From Octopus vulgaris (Eukaryota): 64,000 bases of DNA. The stretch covers positions 39,370,001 to 39,434,000 of the forward strand of contig OX597839.1 in the NCBI GenBank assembly GCA_951406725.2, in the 5' to 3' direction. A program made the position numbers and the translations under genes. The notes beneath the pieces were generated by a model that ran no database searches, was not told where the DNA came from, and worked only from the letters and a program-made list of their open reading frames with translations. Positions 1 through 12,372 of the stretch are shown in pieces. The first letter of the stretch is position 1. Every line of letters begins with the position of its first letter.

Positions 1-34
1 ATTGTGGTGTGGATCTGAGGGTGGGGTGTGCTGT

Positions 35-254
35 GGTGGCAAGCTGGCAGAGTCGTTAGCACGTCGGGCGAAATGCTTTGCGGTATTTCGGCTGCCGTTA
101 CGTTGCGAGTTCAAATTCCGCCGAGGTCGACTTCGCCTTTCATTCTTTCGGGGTCGATAAATTACGCACTGGGGTCGATGTAATCGACTTAATCCGCTTG
201 TGTGTCCTTGCTTGTCCCCTCTGTATTTGGCCCCTTGTGGGTAGTAAAGAAATA
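35..254 (+). mobile_element. SINE family A (head GGCGGCGAGCTGGCAGAA..., body CCGAGGTCGACTTTGCCTTTCATCCTTTCGGGGTCGATAAA)
   Basis: Near-identical to more than 10 other copies in the window; B-box-like GAGTTCAAATTCC; ends GTAGTAAAGAAATA. Confidence 0.85.
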
Positions 255-619
255 GGTAGTGATGTTGGTGGTGGTAGTGTGAGGGTTGTGATTGTAGGGA
301 CAGATATATTCTAATGGTGTTGGTGATGGTAATGGTGGCAGTGGTGGTGCATGTTCTATACTAACCATCAGCTGATGGTAATGCAGTAGCAGCGTGATGA
401 TAGCGATGGCATTACCAAAACCACCATCACCACCACCACCACCACCAGCAACCATAATGGCAGCAGCTGGTCGGAACCAGAAATAATCAACAGAACTGAA
501 GAAATAATCATAATCTTAATCTTTATTCATCTTAATCTTGTAAGATGCCTAAAATATTACATACTTCTGTACACACATGTATCTATATGTATATGTATAT
601 ATACACATAAATATGTAAC

Positions 620-757
620 CATTTATATAAAAATACTATATCTATACTCATATATATATATATATATATATAAAACTATATATTTATACATATATAAAAC
701 TATATATTTATACATATATAAAACTATATATACATACATGTATATATACATATATAA

Positions 758-794
<37 letters not shown>

Positions 795-1085
795 TCTATA
801 CATAAAATATATAGACATACATATATCTATACATATATAAAACTATATATATGCATATATATATATATATACATATATAAAACATATATATATATATATA
901 TATAAAACTATATATATGCATATATATATACATATATAAAACATATATATATATATAAAACTATATATATATGCATATATATATACATATATAAAACATA
1001 TATATATATAAAACTATATATATGCATATATATATACATATATAAAACATATATATATATATATACTTACATACATATATAACTA
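620..1085. repeat. AT-rich minisatellite (TATATAAAAC(T)ATATAT...CATA units)
   Basis: Recurrent TATATAAAAC motif embedded in (TA)n. Confidence 0.8.
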
Positions 1086-1380
1086 TATGAAACTATGCAC
1101 ACACACATATATGCATACACCTATACATGTGTGTGTGTGTGAGTATATTTATCATTATTATCATCATTTACATATGTACATATATCATCATTTCATTTAA
1201 TGACTTTGTTTCTCATGCCCAGGTTTTACAAATGAGAGAAATAGAACTCAACTGTTTACAGAGAAGAGTATTTATAGTTTAGTTTTGTTACAAGCTAAAA
1301 AAAAACAACAAAAACTACAGCGACTCCATACTTTACAACTGTGGATTAGCAACAGTAAGAGTACACCCAGTACATGTAAA

Positions 1381-1650
1381 ACAGCGTATTAGCAACAGTA
1401 ATGCCACACTATTACAACAGTGTATTAGCAACAGTAATGCCACACTTTTACAACAGTGTATTAGCAACAGTAATGCCACACTTTTACAACAGTGTATTAG
1501 CAACAGTAATGCCACACTTTTACAACAGTGTATTAGCAACAGTAATGCCACACTTTTACAACAGTGTATTAGCAACAGTAATGCCACACTTTTACAACAG
1601 TGTATTAGCAACAGTAATGCCACACTTTTACAACAGTGTATTAGCAACAG
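1381..1650. repeat. 36-bp tandem repeat ACAGTGTATTAGCAACAGTAATGCCACACTTTTACA, about 7.5 copies
   Basis: Units start at 1381, 1417, 1453, 1489, 1525, 1561, 1597 and 1633; nearly identical. Confidence 0.95.
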
Positions 1651-2575
1651 CAAAACAAATGAAACAGATTGTGTTAACAACAGCAAGGAAAACACAGGAA
1701 AGATACTGTATTAGCAACACGAACACAAATAAAAGTGAGATGTAAGCAACAGCAACAAGAACTTCAAAAGGATGGATTGTTAGCAACAAGTGGACAAACC
1801 AACTGATAATACGCTAGCAACAAGAGCACTAATAAAGCAGACAATGTGTTAGCAACAGCCACAAAAACGTAATAAAACAATGCATAAGCAACAGTAATAA
1901 GCATACACTGTGAAACAGTGTGTTAGCAACAAGTACAGAAATAAACAGTGTGTTAGCAACCAGAAAAAGAACACAACTATCAAGGAGTGTGTTAGCAACA
2001 AGTACAGAATAAACTGTATTAATAGCAACAAGAACACATACATTGAAGGGTGCGTTAGCAACAAGTACAGATATTAAGTGTGTTAGCAAACCATGACAAG
2101 ATCACAACTATCAAGGAATGTGTTAGCAACAAGTACAGATATTAAGTGTGTTAGCAACCATGACAAGAACACAACTATCAAGGAGTGTGTTAGCAATAAG
2201 TACAGAAATAAACAGTGTATTAGTAACAGCAACAAGAACACAACCATAGAAAGGTGCGTTAGCAACAAGTACAGATATTAAGTGTGTTAGCAACCACAAC
2301 AAGAACACAACTATCAAGGAGTGTGTTAGCAACAAGTAAAGAAATAGACAGGCAGTGTATTAGTAACAGCAACAAGAACACAAATACACAAGGGTGTGTT
2401 AGCAACAAATACAGAAATGAAGTGTGCTAGCAACACAAATATTAAAGGGTGTGTTAGCATCAAGTGCAGAAATAAAAAGACAGTGAATTGGCAACACCAA
2501 AACAAGAACACAAATGTAAAAAGGGTGTGTTAGCAACAAGTACAGAAATAAACAGTGTGTTAGTTAGCAACAGCA
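1651..2575. repeat. Diverged minisatellite with constant GTGTTAGCAAC core and variable 15-30 bp linkers
   Basis: More than 20 TTAGCAAC cores; linker types recur in a higher-order pattern. Confidence 0.9.
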
Positions 2576-3059
2576 CGAAGAACACAAATAAAAAGAAACA
2601 GACAATGTAAAGCGGTAGTGACAGAGATGAAGTCTTTCACTTTAGTTATAAAATGTCTGATATGAATATCTCAACACCTCATACTGGCAGATATTGGTTA
2701 ATTTTTTGCGCCTCAGCATGGGGGTGAGTGGAGGGAAGGAGAGGGGGTAACGAGGGGATGGCGAGAAAAAAAAAACAAGAAGCAAAAATAACAACAATAG
2801 CAACAATCAACGTTTCCTGTCTATTCGAAATGCAACATACACACCGATCCTGCCACACACATACATTTACGCACGCCTCACATACCAAATTTGCACCACA
2901 CTACTTACACAGCTGTAGAACACACACACCACATCATACTATGTTACATACCACATAACACACTATCGAACAATCATAGGCATAAGAAATATAATTAGCA
3001 ACACCGTTTTCATTTATGTTGGTTAATTATTATTGTTGTTGCTTAATGCTGTTGTCATG

Positions 3060-3520
3060 GTTACTGTTGTGTTTTTTTGTAGTAGTTGGTGCTGTTATTG
3101 TTGTTGTTGCAGTTGGTTGTGATAGTAGTAGCATTGTAGTGTGACTGGTACTTCAAGTGGTGGTATTGATAGTAGTAGTTTGGTAATAGTAGTAGTACTA
3201 GTAGTAGCAGATACTGTGTTGATAATAGTGGTAGTGGTGGTAGTTGTGTTGGTAGTGGCAGTAGCAGAACTGATGGTAGTAGTAATAGTGGTAGTGATGG
3301 TGGTAGTAGTAGTAGTGGTGGTGATGGTGGTGGTAGTAGTAGTAGTGGTGGTAGCAGCATTAGTGGTGTTAGTAGTAGTAGACATGGTGTTGATAGTAAT
3401 AGTAGTGGTGGTGGTGGTAGTAGTAGCAGCAGAGATGTTGGTAGCAGTAGTAGTAGAGGTGGTGGTGGTAGTAGCAGAAATGGTATTGGTGGTGGTAGTA
3501 GTAGCGGTGGTGGTGTTATT
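3060..3520. repeat. (GTA/GTG)n low-complexity trinucleotide tract
   Basis: Direct reading; explains the poly-V and poly-T ORFs. Confidence 0.9.
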
Positions 3521-4424
3521 CATTAATTTTTGTCACATATGTCTGTCTTCTGCAGTTGTTGCTCTACAATCAACGCACCACCCCCTCACATCCCAACCAC
3601 GACCACCACCCTACACACAGCTGCACCCCCCCAACAAACTCACCCACCCTCCCACCAACCCACCTCCACCACCGTCGTCATCAAGTTTGTAAACTCATTA
3701 AATATTTACTGTGACAGACTGTAATAATAAGATTAACCAACTCTAATGAGAGGCTCCAGCATGGCAGAGACACCAAGACATGTCTGCTGCTGCTGTTAGC
3801 GGTGGTGGTGGTGGTTCCAGAGGAAAGAACAGAGGTGGCGGAATCTAATGACAATGGTGATGATGATGATGGTGATGCATAATTTGTAGCTGATGGTGTT
3901 ATGATACTCTTTTTGGAAGTGATGGTGGTAGTGGTAGCGATGGTGTTGGTGCTGGTGGTGGTGTTAGCAGAGATGGTAGTGATGGTATGCAGTGAAGGAG
4001 CTTGCTTTTTTCAGCCCAACCCATGTGGTCTTCAGTTCAGTCCTATTGCAGGGCACCTAGTATAGCTCCTGGGCCAACGAAAGCCTTGAGAGCGGATTTG
4101 GTGGATGGAAACTGAAAGAAGCCCAGTGTGTGTGTGTATATGCACACATAAAGGGTGGGTCAAAAATCATGCACAAAATAAGTTCAATATACTCTGGAAT
4201 TGTCAAAGATATGCTTCAATTTTTTTCTAAATGTAATAAAATAAAAGAACGATGAATACACACATTCTTATACATGATGAACAAAATTAATAATAATAAT
4301 AATAATCTTTTCTACTCTAGGCACAAGGCCTGAAATTTTCAGGGAATGGGGCCAGTTAATTAGATCGACTCCAGTATGCAACTGGTACTTAATTTATCGA
4401 CCCAGTTATGCCATGATGCAGTAC

Positions 4425-4700
4425 CAGGCAGTGGCTCTCTTGACTTCTGATCTTAATTGATTGGAAGTGTTATCATGTACTTTGTTTTGTCTTGGTATAA
4501 AAGATGGGCTACAGCAAATATTCTGCTCAATAACACAGATTTGCTTGTCAGTTGTTTGACCATAACCAGTTGAGAATGTCCCTTAGTGGCTGACGATATG
4601 TGCATATCTGATCACGAGCAGAAGTAGTGAGGGAGCATCATAGCTATGTATTGAGAGGGATTCTTTGGGGTTTGGATAATTCACCGTAGGAAACATGGGT
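4425..4700 (-). mobile_element. Interspersed repeat family E (second copy at about 14275-14670)
   Basis: Shared AGCAAATATTC(T/A)GCTCAATA(A/C)CACAGATTTGCTTGTCAGTT...TTTGGATAATTCACC. Confidence 0.75.
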
Positions 4701-4765
4701 GTAGAGAAATTTGTCTCAATAAATTCTCTCCAGCCCATGCAAGCATAGAACAGTAGACATTAGAC

Positions 4766-4984
4766 CAGTGCTTTTCAAACATTTTGCTGGAGCGGAACCC
4801 CAGGGAAACATTCCACTGGCTCGAGGAACCCCTGTGCAATAATTCAATAGTCTTATGCACACATATCTGCACAGGAGAATTAAAAATTACTGCCGACTTT
4901 AGCAGTTTTGTAACTTCTTGCGGAACCCCTGGATTGTACTGGCGGAACCCTAAGGTTCCACGGAACCCTGGTTGAAAACCACTG
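4766..4984. mobile_element. hAT (Charlie-like) MITE, 219 bp
   Basis: TIRs CAGTGCTTTTCAAAC / GTTGAAAACCACTG; perfect 8-bp TSD CATTAGAC at 4758-4765 and 4985-4992. Confidence 0.92.
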
Positions 4985-5385
4985 CATTAGACAATGACAA
5001 CAATGCTGCTGCAGTATACGTGCATGCATGTGTGTGCTTCTAAGCTTGCTGATAAGTTAATTGGACAGTGATGGATTTGTAATGCGCTTGACTGACAAGA
5101 AAACTTATTGAATATAAGAGATGAGAGACAGAAAAAACAACAGGGCTTCTTCAAATTTGGTGCCAAGTCCTGTTACATAAGCACATAAATGTTATATATA
5201 TATATTGAAGAGGTCTTAGGCCAACAGGTGTTTTGGGGTCTAATGATACACCATAAAGCTAAGCCTCTTATGGATGAGAAACCCAGGGTAATCCCATAAA
5301 CCAGCCTCCCCCCCATTTAAATATATACACTGTTCTACATCTTAGAGTGTGCTTTTTCTCCGGATTTATGTTTTCTACAAACAAT

Positions 5386-5860
5386 ATCATCATCATCATT
5401 GTTTAACGTCCGTTTTCCATGCTGGCATGAGTTGGACGGTTACACTGGGGTCTGGTAAGCCATGGAGGCTGCACCAGGCTCCAGTCTGATCTGGCAGTGT
5501 TTCGGCAGCTGGATGCCCTTCCTAACGCCAACCACTCTGAGAGTGTAGTGGGTGCTTTTTACATGCCACCGGCACAGGGGCCAGAGGAGGCTGGCAATGA
5601 CCATGATCAGTTGGTGCTTTTTATGTGCCACCGGCACGGAAGCCAGTCAAGACGGTGCTGGCATTGGCCACATTCAGATGGTGCTTTTTACATGCCACTG
5701 GCATGGGAATCGCAATTACAATTTCCATTTGATTTTGATGTACTTGACTCAATAGGTCTCCTAAAGCACAGCATGTTGCCCTACGATCCAAGGTACTTTT
5801 GAGTGGGCTGGGGCTGGTTATGCAACACTGGTGTAGGTTTCAGCTGTGAACTCACTTTAT
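5386..5860 (-). mobile_element. SINE family C (GGCGTTAGGAAGGGCATCCAGCCG core, (GAT)n tail)
   Basis: Matches copies at 18132, 18765, 19368, 23507, 52382 and 53606. Confidence 0.85.
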
Positions 5861-5879
5861 ATACATATATATAGTTTTT

Positions 5880-6150
5880 TTTTCACCCTTCTCAAGCCTA
5901 CCCAGGCCCAGTTTCCCGGTTTCTGTGGCATATGTTTTCCGCCCAGCATTATTCAAAAAACAGGAAGAGAGAGTGAGAGAAAGCTGTGGTGAAAGAGTAC
6001 AACAGGGGTTGTCACCATCCCTTGCCAGAGCCTCGTGGAGCTTTTAGGTGTTTTCACTCAATAAACACACACAACGCCTGGTCTGGGAATCGAAACCGCG
6101 ATCCTCCGACCGCAAGTCCGCTGCCCTAACCACTGGGCCATTGCACCTCT
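5880..6150 (-). mobile_element. tRNA-derived SINE family D
   Basis: Minus-strand head with A-box TGGCCCAGTGG and B-box-like GGTTTCGATTCC; related copy at 62586. Confidence 0.75.
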
Positions 6151-6194
6151 CTCTATATATATATGTATACACACACACACTAAAAGAATAAAGT

Positions 6195-6810
6195 GATATG
6201 TTTGGAAACAATATTCCATGAAGAGATGTTGAAGTACATATATGTATGTGTGAGTGTATTTTGATATTTCACTTAGGAGTAGTGATACTAATAACCTGAG
6301 TTAGAACTCAGAACAGATACATGTGTTTTTTACATGTCAGTAGCACATAAAAGGCACCTGTGCCAGCAACACAAAAGGGCACCTGTGCCAGTGACACATA
6401 GAAGGCACCTGTGACATATAAAAGCACCTGTGTTAGTGACACGTAAGAAACACCTACGCTGGTGACAAGTGAAAGACACTTGTGTCAGTGACATGTAAAA
6501 AGCACCTACTACACTATGGCATCCAGCCATAGAAACAAAGCCAAAAATCAGTCTGATACAGTTCTCCAGTTTACCAGTTCCAATGAAACCGTCTTTAGAA
6601 AACAAACCTAAATGACAATGATGATGGTAGAAATTCTTCAGAATGAAGCATTAGCCAAGTGCAAAGTGATATTACGAAGTTAGAAAGACAAAAAAAAAAA
6701 ATTATCTTAAGCACTTCATTAGCTTACAACCGTTTCTGCTGTTTGATGCAATACACTTATAGCTAAAAGCTTGAGTATCGCACTGTAGCTTCAAACATCT
6801 TTTCTTATTT
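6195..6810 (+). pseudogene. Decayed annexin-like fragment (repeat 1 to 2), interrupted by a SINE at about 6330-6625
   Basis: Manual translation gives NSEQ before the SINE and VQSDITKLE..LKHFISLQPFLLFDAIHL*LKA after it; resembles annexin L.SE.SG.FE...ALM.PP..FDA..L.KA; contains stops. Confidence 0.4.
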
Positions 6811-7102
6811 CAGTGTCTGGATTGGGGCCATACTGGGGCACTACTTTGAAGAGTTTAAATCAAATAGATTGACACCAGTACGTATATTCTAAAGTCTTGT
6901 GTTTATTCAATCACTACCTTTTGCCAAACTGCTACATTACAAGAATGCAAACAAACCAACACATACATATCTATATATGATGGACTACTTTTAGTTTCCA
7001 TGTACCAAATCTACCCACAGGGCTTTGGTTGGCCCCACCCCCGATTATAGCTGAAGACATTTTGTCCAATGTGTCATGCAGTGGGACTGAACCCAGAACC
7101 AT
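6803..7102 (-). mobile_element. SINE family B, older diverged copy
   Basis: GCAGTGGGACTGAACCCAGAACCAT head motif and TTTCAGT 3' motif. Confidence 0.7.
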
Positions 7103-7105
7103 ATC

Positions 7106-7470
7106 AATCGTTATCAACAGGTATATCTCAGATTAAATATATAATTTAATTTAACCTGTGGTGTACCTGTTGATAATGATTTCACCTAGCAAATTATCGT
7201 ATTTGCTAAACTAAAATTAGAAACCAATTGATCCAGGAAACTAGATGGTAAAAGTTTTTATTTTTCATTTCGTTCCTTCCAGGATTTTATCCCTAATTTT
7301 GTGGGTTTGGAATCTAGCTGTTCTTTCTAGCGTGATGAATCCCATGAGTGGATTCCTCGTATGTGTTTAAAAGTACACTGTATTTTATGACTAATACATA
7401 GTCTTTGGATTAAATTTTTACACGCTAGGTCACTGGAAGTGAAAATTTCTATCAATTTCCATTTCCCTTC
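7106..7470 (+). mobile_element. Penelope-like pLTR remnant with terminal inverted hairpin and degenerate hammerhead
   Basis: 33-bp inverted arms at 7106-7181; CTGTTGA..AGAAACCAATTGATC core; downstream GCTGTTCTTTCTAGC motif as after 27181; 7370-7460 resembles 58395-58490. Confidence 0.5.
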
Positions 7471-7700
7471 TATATGATTAAGTATATACATATATATGTA
7501 TGTGTGTATATATATGTATATATATTAATATCTTGTACACAAAATGCAATGCAAATGTCCAATGATATGAAACTGTCATGCATAAATAAACCGAATTTCT
7601 AATATTTCTATAAATTTTATAAACTGCCAAACAGAAGATGGAGTTTTCTTCTCTGCATAAATTTAAAGATGAAAGCACCAGATAATTTTCTTTATTTAAT

Positions 7701-8097
7701 TTACCTGTATGTTAGCTCCATTCTTCCTTATATTATATTTTTTTAAAGAAACCAAATTGTGTTCCAAAATTTCACAACACAATGAACATCTTCACCTCAG
7801 TTCCAACAGTGTCGTTCTTTTCTTAACCATTTTTGCAACGGAGAATAAAATGTGGCAGCGTAGTCTTTTGCTGGTTTTGTAATCCATTAAGGTTTAAGTA
7901 TTTATTCCTTTCAGGTCCACAAATGTGAATTCTACAGAAGCTGAGGAAGCAGCACTGTTACTAGGAATGGTTGGAATTAAATCATTCAAATGATATAGTT
8001 CTTTGTAGCCTGATGTGGGATTCTTTATTTCTGCTAACAATGCAATAATTGAATCAGAAACCACTGTTGTGACCACCAATATCCTTTTAATGTCCAT
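7701..8097 (-). mobile_element. Degenerate hAT transposase C-terminal dimerisation domain
   Basis: YKELYHLNDLIPTIPSNSA..ASVEFTFVDLKGINT resembles hAT L.TIP.SSAS.ERSFS.LKRIKT; then frameshifted QNQQRL..ILFSVAK and RMELTYR*. Confidence 0.7.
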
Positions 8098-8924
8098 TTG
8101 TCCATTCAGACAAGGGACAAACAGAATTTGTTGAGGCAGACTTTTCTGTGGCTACATGCCTTTCCTGTCACCAACCTTAAGCTCTTCACAAGCAAGGTTA
8201 TATACATAAATATGCATACATACAGTCCAGAAACAGCTGTCAAGTAAAAAAAAACAATGCATTCTCTCCTTAGAATTCTGTAAATTTTTTACTCTACATA
8301 AATTTATTTGTCTATATCTATCTATCTGCACACATGCACACACACACTCACACACACACACACACTCACATACACACACACACATATAGCAGCAGCTTCC
8401 ACACAATTTCAACCTGCCAAGTTTACTCATGGTGTATTGGTTAATCAGGGTGGTGGGAGCCATAGTAGACAATACTTGCACAAGGTGTCGCAGTGAAACT
8501 GAACCCAAAACCACATGGTTGCAAAGTGAGTTTCACGACCACACTTCCGTACTTACACCCACTAATGTAGAACCTGCTCCCACCAAAAAAAGAAACAGCA
8601 GTTTTTAATAAATTTTTTTTATTCTATCTAGTTTCAGCTCACGAGCTGTGGCCATGCAGGGGCACCGCCAACTTTCCATCAACATCTTTCAACCAGACTT
8701 AATGCATGTTTGTTATTAGATTTGAAAACAAAATTATTATCAGGCTGATGCCAACCTCATACTACAATAACAGAATTAATCTCTGAACATGTGTTGTACT
8801 AGTGGCACATATTTGAAAAGGAGATAACAATTTGTAAATAGACCTTGAATGATGGCAAAGTGAAAAGTTTGAATTTTAAGTCTAAGAGTAACAAAGGAAA
8901 AGCACAATATACACATTTGATATA

Positions 8925-9122
8925 TACTCTTTTTTTACTCTTTTACCTGTTTCAGTCATTTGACTGCGGCCATGCTGGAGCACCGCCTTTAGTCGAGCAA
9001 ATCGACCCCGGGACTTATTCTTTGTAAGCCCAGTACTTATTCTATCGGTCCTTTTTTTGCCGAACCGCTAAGTGACGGGGACGTAATCACACCAGCATCG
9101 GGGACAAACACAGGCACACAAA

Positions 9123-9153
<31 letters not shown>

Positions 9154-9323
9154 CATATATACGATGGGCTTCTTTCAGTTTCCATCTACCAAATCCACTC
9201 ACAAGGTATTGGTCGGCCCGGGGCTATAGCAGAAGACACTTGCCCAAGATGCCACGCAGTGGGACTGAACCCGGAACCATATGGTTGGTTAGCAAGCTAC
9301 TTACCACACAGCCACTTCTGCGC
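8925..9323 (-). mobile_element. SINE family B (head GGCGCAGGAGTGGCTGTGTGGTAAG, internal (TA)n)
   Basis: A-box TGGCTGTGTGG, B-box GGTTCAGTCCC; near-identical to copies at 31385, 49351 and 51612. Confidence 0.9.
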
Positions 9324-9984
9324 ATATTTTTTCTACTCATTACAATTTTAAGTACTCTTTCTAGTTATAAGTTGCTGTGAGTAGTACCATTTCATCCTTA
9401 TTTGAAATCATCATCATAACATGACCGTAGACAAATATATTACATAAAATTTAATTTTAAAAATTTCAATTTGATTCAATGAATAATGAATTCTAAATCT
9501 ATTTAATTCATAAATGCAAAAACATAGGAGGCGGGGGTCAGGTGAGGGTCAGGTTGTGGTCATTAATGAACATCTGAAAACAGGTGTTTGGAACATAACA
9601 TGGATTCATACACACAGGTACATAAACTATACGTACACACATGCAGGCATGCATGTAAGTGCACGACTGATTAACACATACATCACCATACACACACACA
9701 CACATGTATACACTATGCAAAATTTATGTAGAATACACACATACATACATGTATACAACACATACATTCACTCACATTTATATATACACACACACATAAC
9801 ACATACACTACAATTCATATATATGCATGCACAAGCACACACAAATATATACACGTATACACACACAGATGTACACACATACATACAACTACACACATAC
9901 ATGCACGCAAAACCCATCAACCTTTTGTTTGATTTGACCCAATTTAGATATTTTTTCAATCAAAGCTTTTAATAAATTTGATTA

Positions 9985-11160
9985 TTGTAGTATTGATGTA
10001 GTGTTGGTAGTAGTAGCAGGGGTGGTGTGTGTGTGTGCATGTGTGGCGGCAGTGGGGAGTGACAATGACAGGTGGTGGCACCGACGGTGGTTGCAATAAT
10101 GGTAACATAGTGGTGATGGTGGTAGTGGTAATGAACCATTAAGTGTGGTAGCAGTAGTAATAGTAGTAGTAGTAATAGCAGCAACGGCAGTAGTGTGGGT
10201 GTCAGTGGTGGTAATGAACCATTAGCAATGTAGTAGTAGTAGTAGCAGCAGTAGCAACAGTGGTGTGGGTGTCAGCAGGGTGGTGTTAGTAGTGGCAGTA
10301 ATAATGCAGGAAGAGAATTGGTGATAGTAGTAGCAGTAGTTGTAGTAATTGTAAAGGCGGTGGTGGCGATGGTGGTTGCATGGTAGTGATGTAGTAACAG
10401 TAGTAGTATTCATTGTGTAGGTGGTCACTAAAAGCAACAGCAACAGTAAGGCTGGTGGTGGTGGTCATGGTAAGAGGATGATGTGGTGGTGGTAGAATGC
10501 TGATGTAGTAGTCCTGGTGTTTGCTGTTCAGGTTGTAGTACGTGGTGGTTGTGATGCTGGTGATGGTATTTCAAACTGTAATACAGCATGATGTGCTTTG
10601 AGAGAAATATGACTGCTATTTCTAGCACAATGGTTGCCTTGCGGCAGTGGCACTGATAGTGGCAATGATATTGATGGTGGTGACAGTGGTGTAGTAGTAG
10701 TAATAACCACAGTAGGGATGGTGGTGGTTGTTGCAGTGGTGGTGGTGGTGGTTGTAGTGGAAACAGTGGTGGATGTGGTGATGGTGGTGATTGGTGATGA
10801 CGGTGAGGGTGGTGGTGGTTGTGGCAATGGTGGTGATGACGGCAGTGGTTGTGGTAATGGTGGTGGTTGTAGTAGAAACAGTGGTGGATGTGGTGATGGT
10901 GGTGATTGGTGATGACGGTGATGGTGGTGGTGGTGGTTGTGCTGGTGGTTGTGGCAATGGTGGTGATGACGGCAGTGGTTGTGGTAATGGTGGTGGTTGT
11001 AGTGGAAACAGTGGTGGATGTGGTGATGGTGGTTGTGCTGGTGATAGTTGTGGTTGCGCAGGTGGTTGTGGTGATGGTGGTGATGACAGCAGTGGTTGTG
11101 GTGATGGTAGTGTTGGTGGTGGTGGTGGTAGTTGCGGTGATGGTAATGATGCTAAGTGGT
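9985..11160. repeat. (GGT/GTA/GAT)n low-complexity region with an internal duplication of about 117 bp
   Basis: 10745-10860 is repeated at about 10862-10980 and onward. Confidence 0.85.
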
Positions 11161-11795
11161 AGAAAAGTGAAAAAGTGTAGTGTCTGGATGTGTGCCAGGG
11201 TGTCTCAAGGTTGGTGGAGTACATGTGTAGGTGGCCTGGAACAACTTTTCACACACACACACATATTTATAAATAAATGCATTCATATGTTAAGCTGTGT
11301 ATATTTGTGTGAATGCAAACTGCATCTATATATACGCATGCGTGTGTGTGAGTGTTGTGAGTAGATACGCTTCTTTTACAAGTACCATGAGATAAAAATA
11401 TATATAGCATGTTTACGCAAACATATATCTCTATATAAATAGACGAACACATATATATCTGTGTGTGTGTATGTGTGTGTGTATACATGCTATGGCATGT
11501 GTGACACACTTTGGGAAAGCTTCTTCTACAAAGGGATTAAGTCGATTAGATCGACCCCAGTGCATAACTGGTACTTAATTTATCGACCCCGAAAGGATGA
11601 AAGGCAAAGTCAACCTCAGTGGAATTTGAACTCAGAACGTAACGGCAGACGAATTACCGCTAAGCATTACCAGTGGTGGTAATGAACCATTAGCCGTGTA
11701 GTAGTAGTAGTAGTAGCAGCAGCAGTGACAGTGGTGTGGGTGTTAGCAGGGTGGTGTTAGTAGTGGCAGTAATAATGCAGGAAGAGAATTGGTGA

Positions 11796-11832
<37 letters not shown>

Positions 11833-11888
11833 TGGGCCAAGGAAAGCCTTACGAGGGAATTGAGTGGAAAGAAATTGAAAGAAGGCTG

Positions 11889-12372
11889 AAGGTGGCAAGC
11901 TGGCAGAAACGTTAGCATGCCAGACAAAATGCTTAGCGGTAATTCGTCTGCCCTTACATTCTGAGTTCAAATTCCGCTGAGGTCGACTTTGCCTTTTATC
12001 CTTTCGGGGTCGATAAATTAAGTACCAGTTATGCACTGGGGTCGATGTAATCGACTTAATCCCTTTGTCTGTCTTTGTTTGTCTCCTCTATGTTTAGCCC
12101 CTTGTGGGTACTAAAGAAATAGGTATTTTGTCTGCCGTTACGTTCTGAGTTGAAATTCCGCCGAGGTCGACTTTGCCTTTCATCCTTTCTGGGTTAATTA
12201 AATAAGTACCAGTTATGCACTGGGGTCGATGTAATCGACTTAATCCGTTTGTCTGTCCTTGTTTGTCTCCTCTATGTTTAGTCGCTTATGGGCAATAAAG
12301 AAATAAGAAACGTTAGTACGCCAGGCGAAATGCTTAGCGGTTTTTCGTCTGTCTTTAGGTTCTGAGTTCAAA
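11889..12372 (+). mobile_element. SINE family A concatemer (2 full units plus a partial third)
   Basis: Junctions AAAGAAATA|GGTATTT (about 12121) and AAAGAAATA|AGAAACGTTAG (about 12305). Confidence 0.88.

Noticed and set aside
1333-1745. ORFs with 12-aa repeats (MPHFYNSVLATV)
   Set aside because: A by-product of a stop-free 36-bp tandem repeat, open on both strands.
1345-2575. CRISPR-like repeat-spacer appearance
   Set aside because: The linkers are related to each other and recur, the core is only about 10 bp, there are no cas genes and the context is eukaryotic: a minisatellite.
6075-6150. tRNA gene (also 62586-62660 and family B heads)
   Set aside because: A/B boxes are present but there is no closed acceptor stem and the sequence continues into a SINE body.
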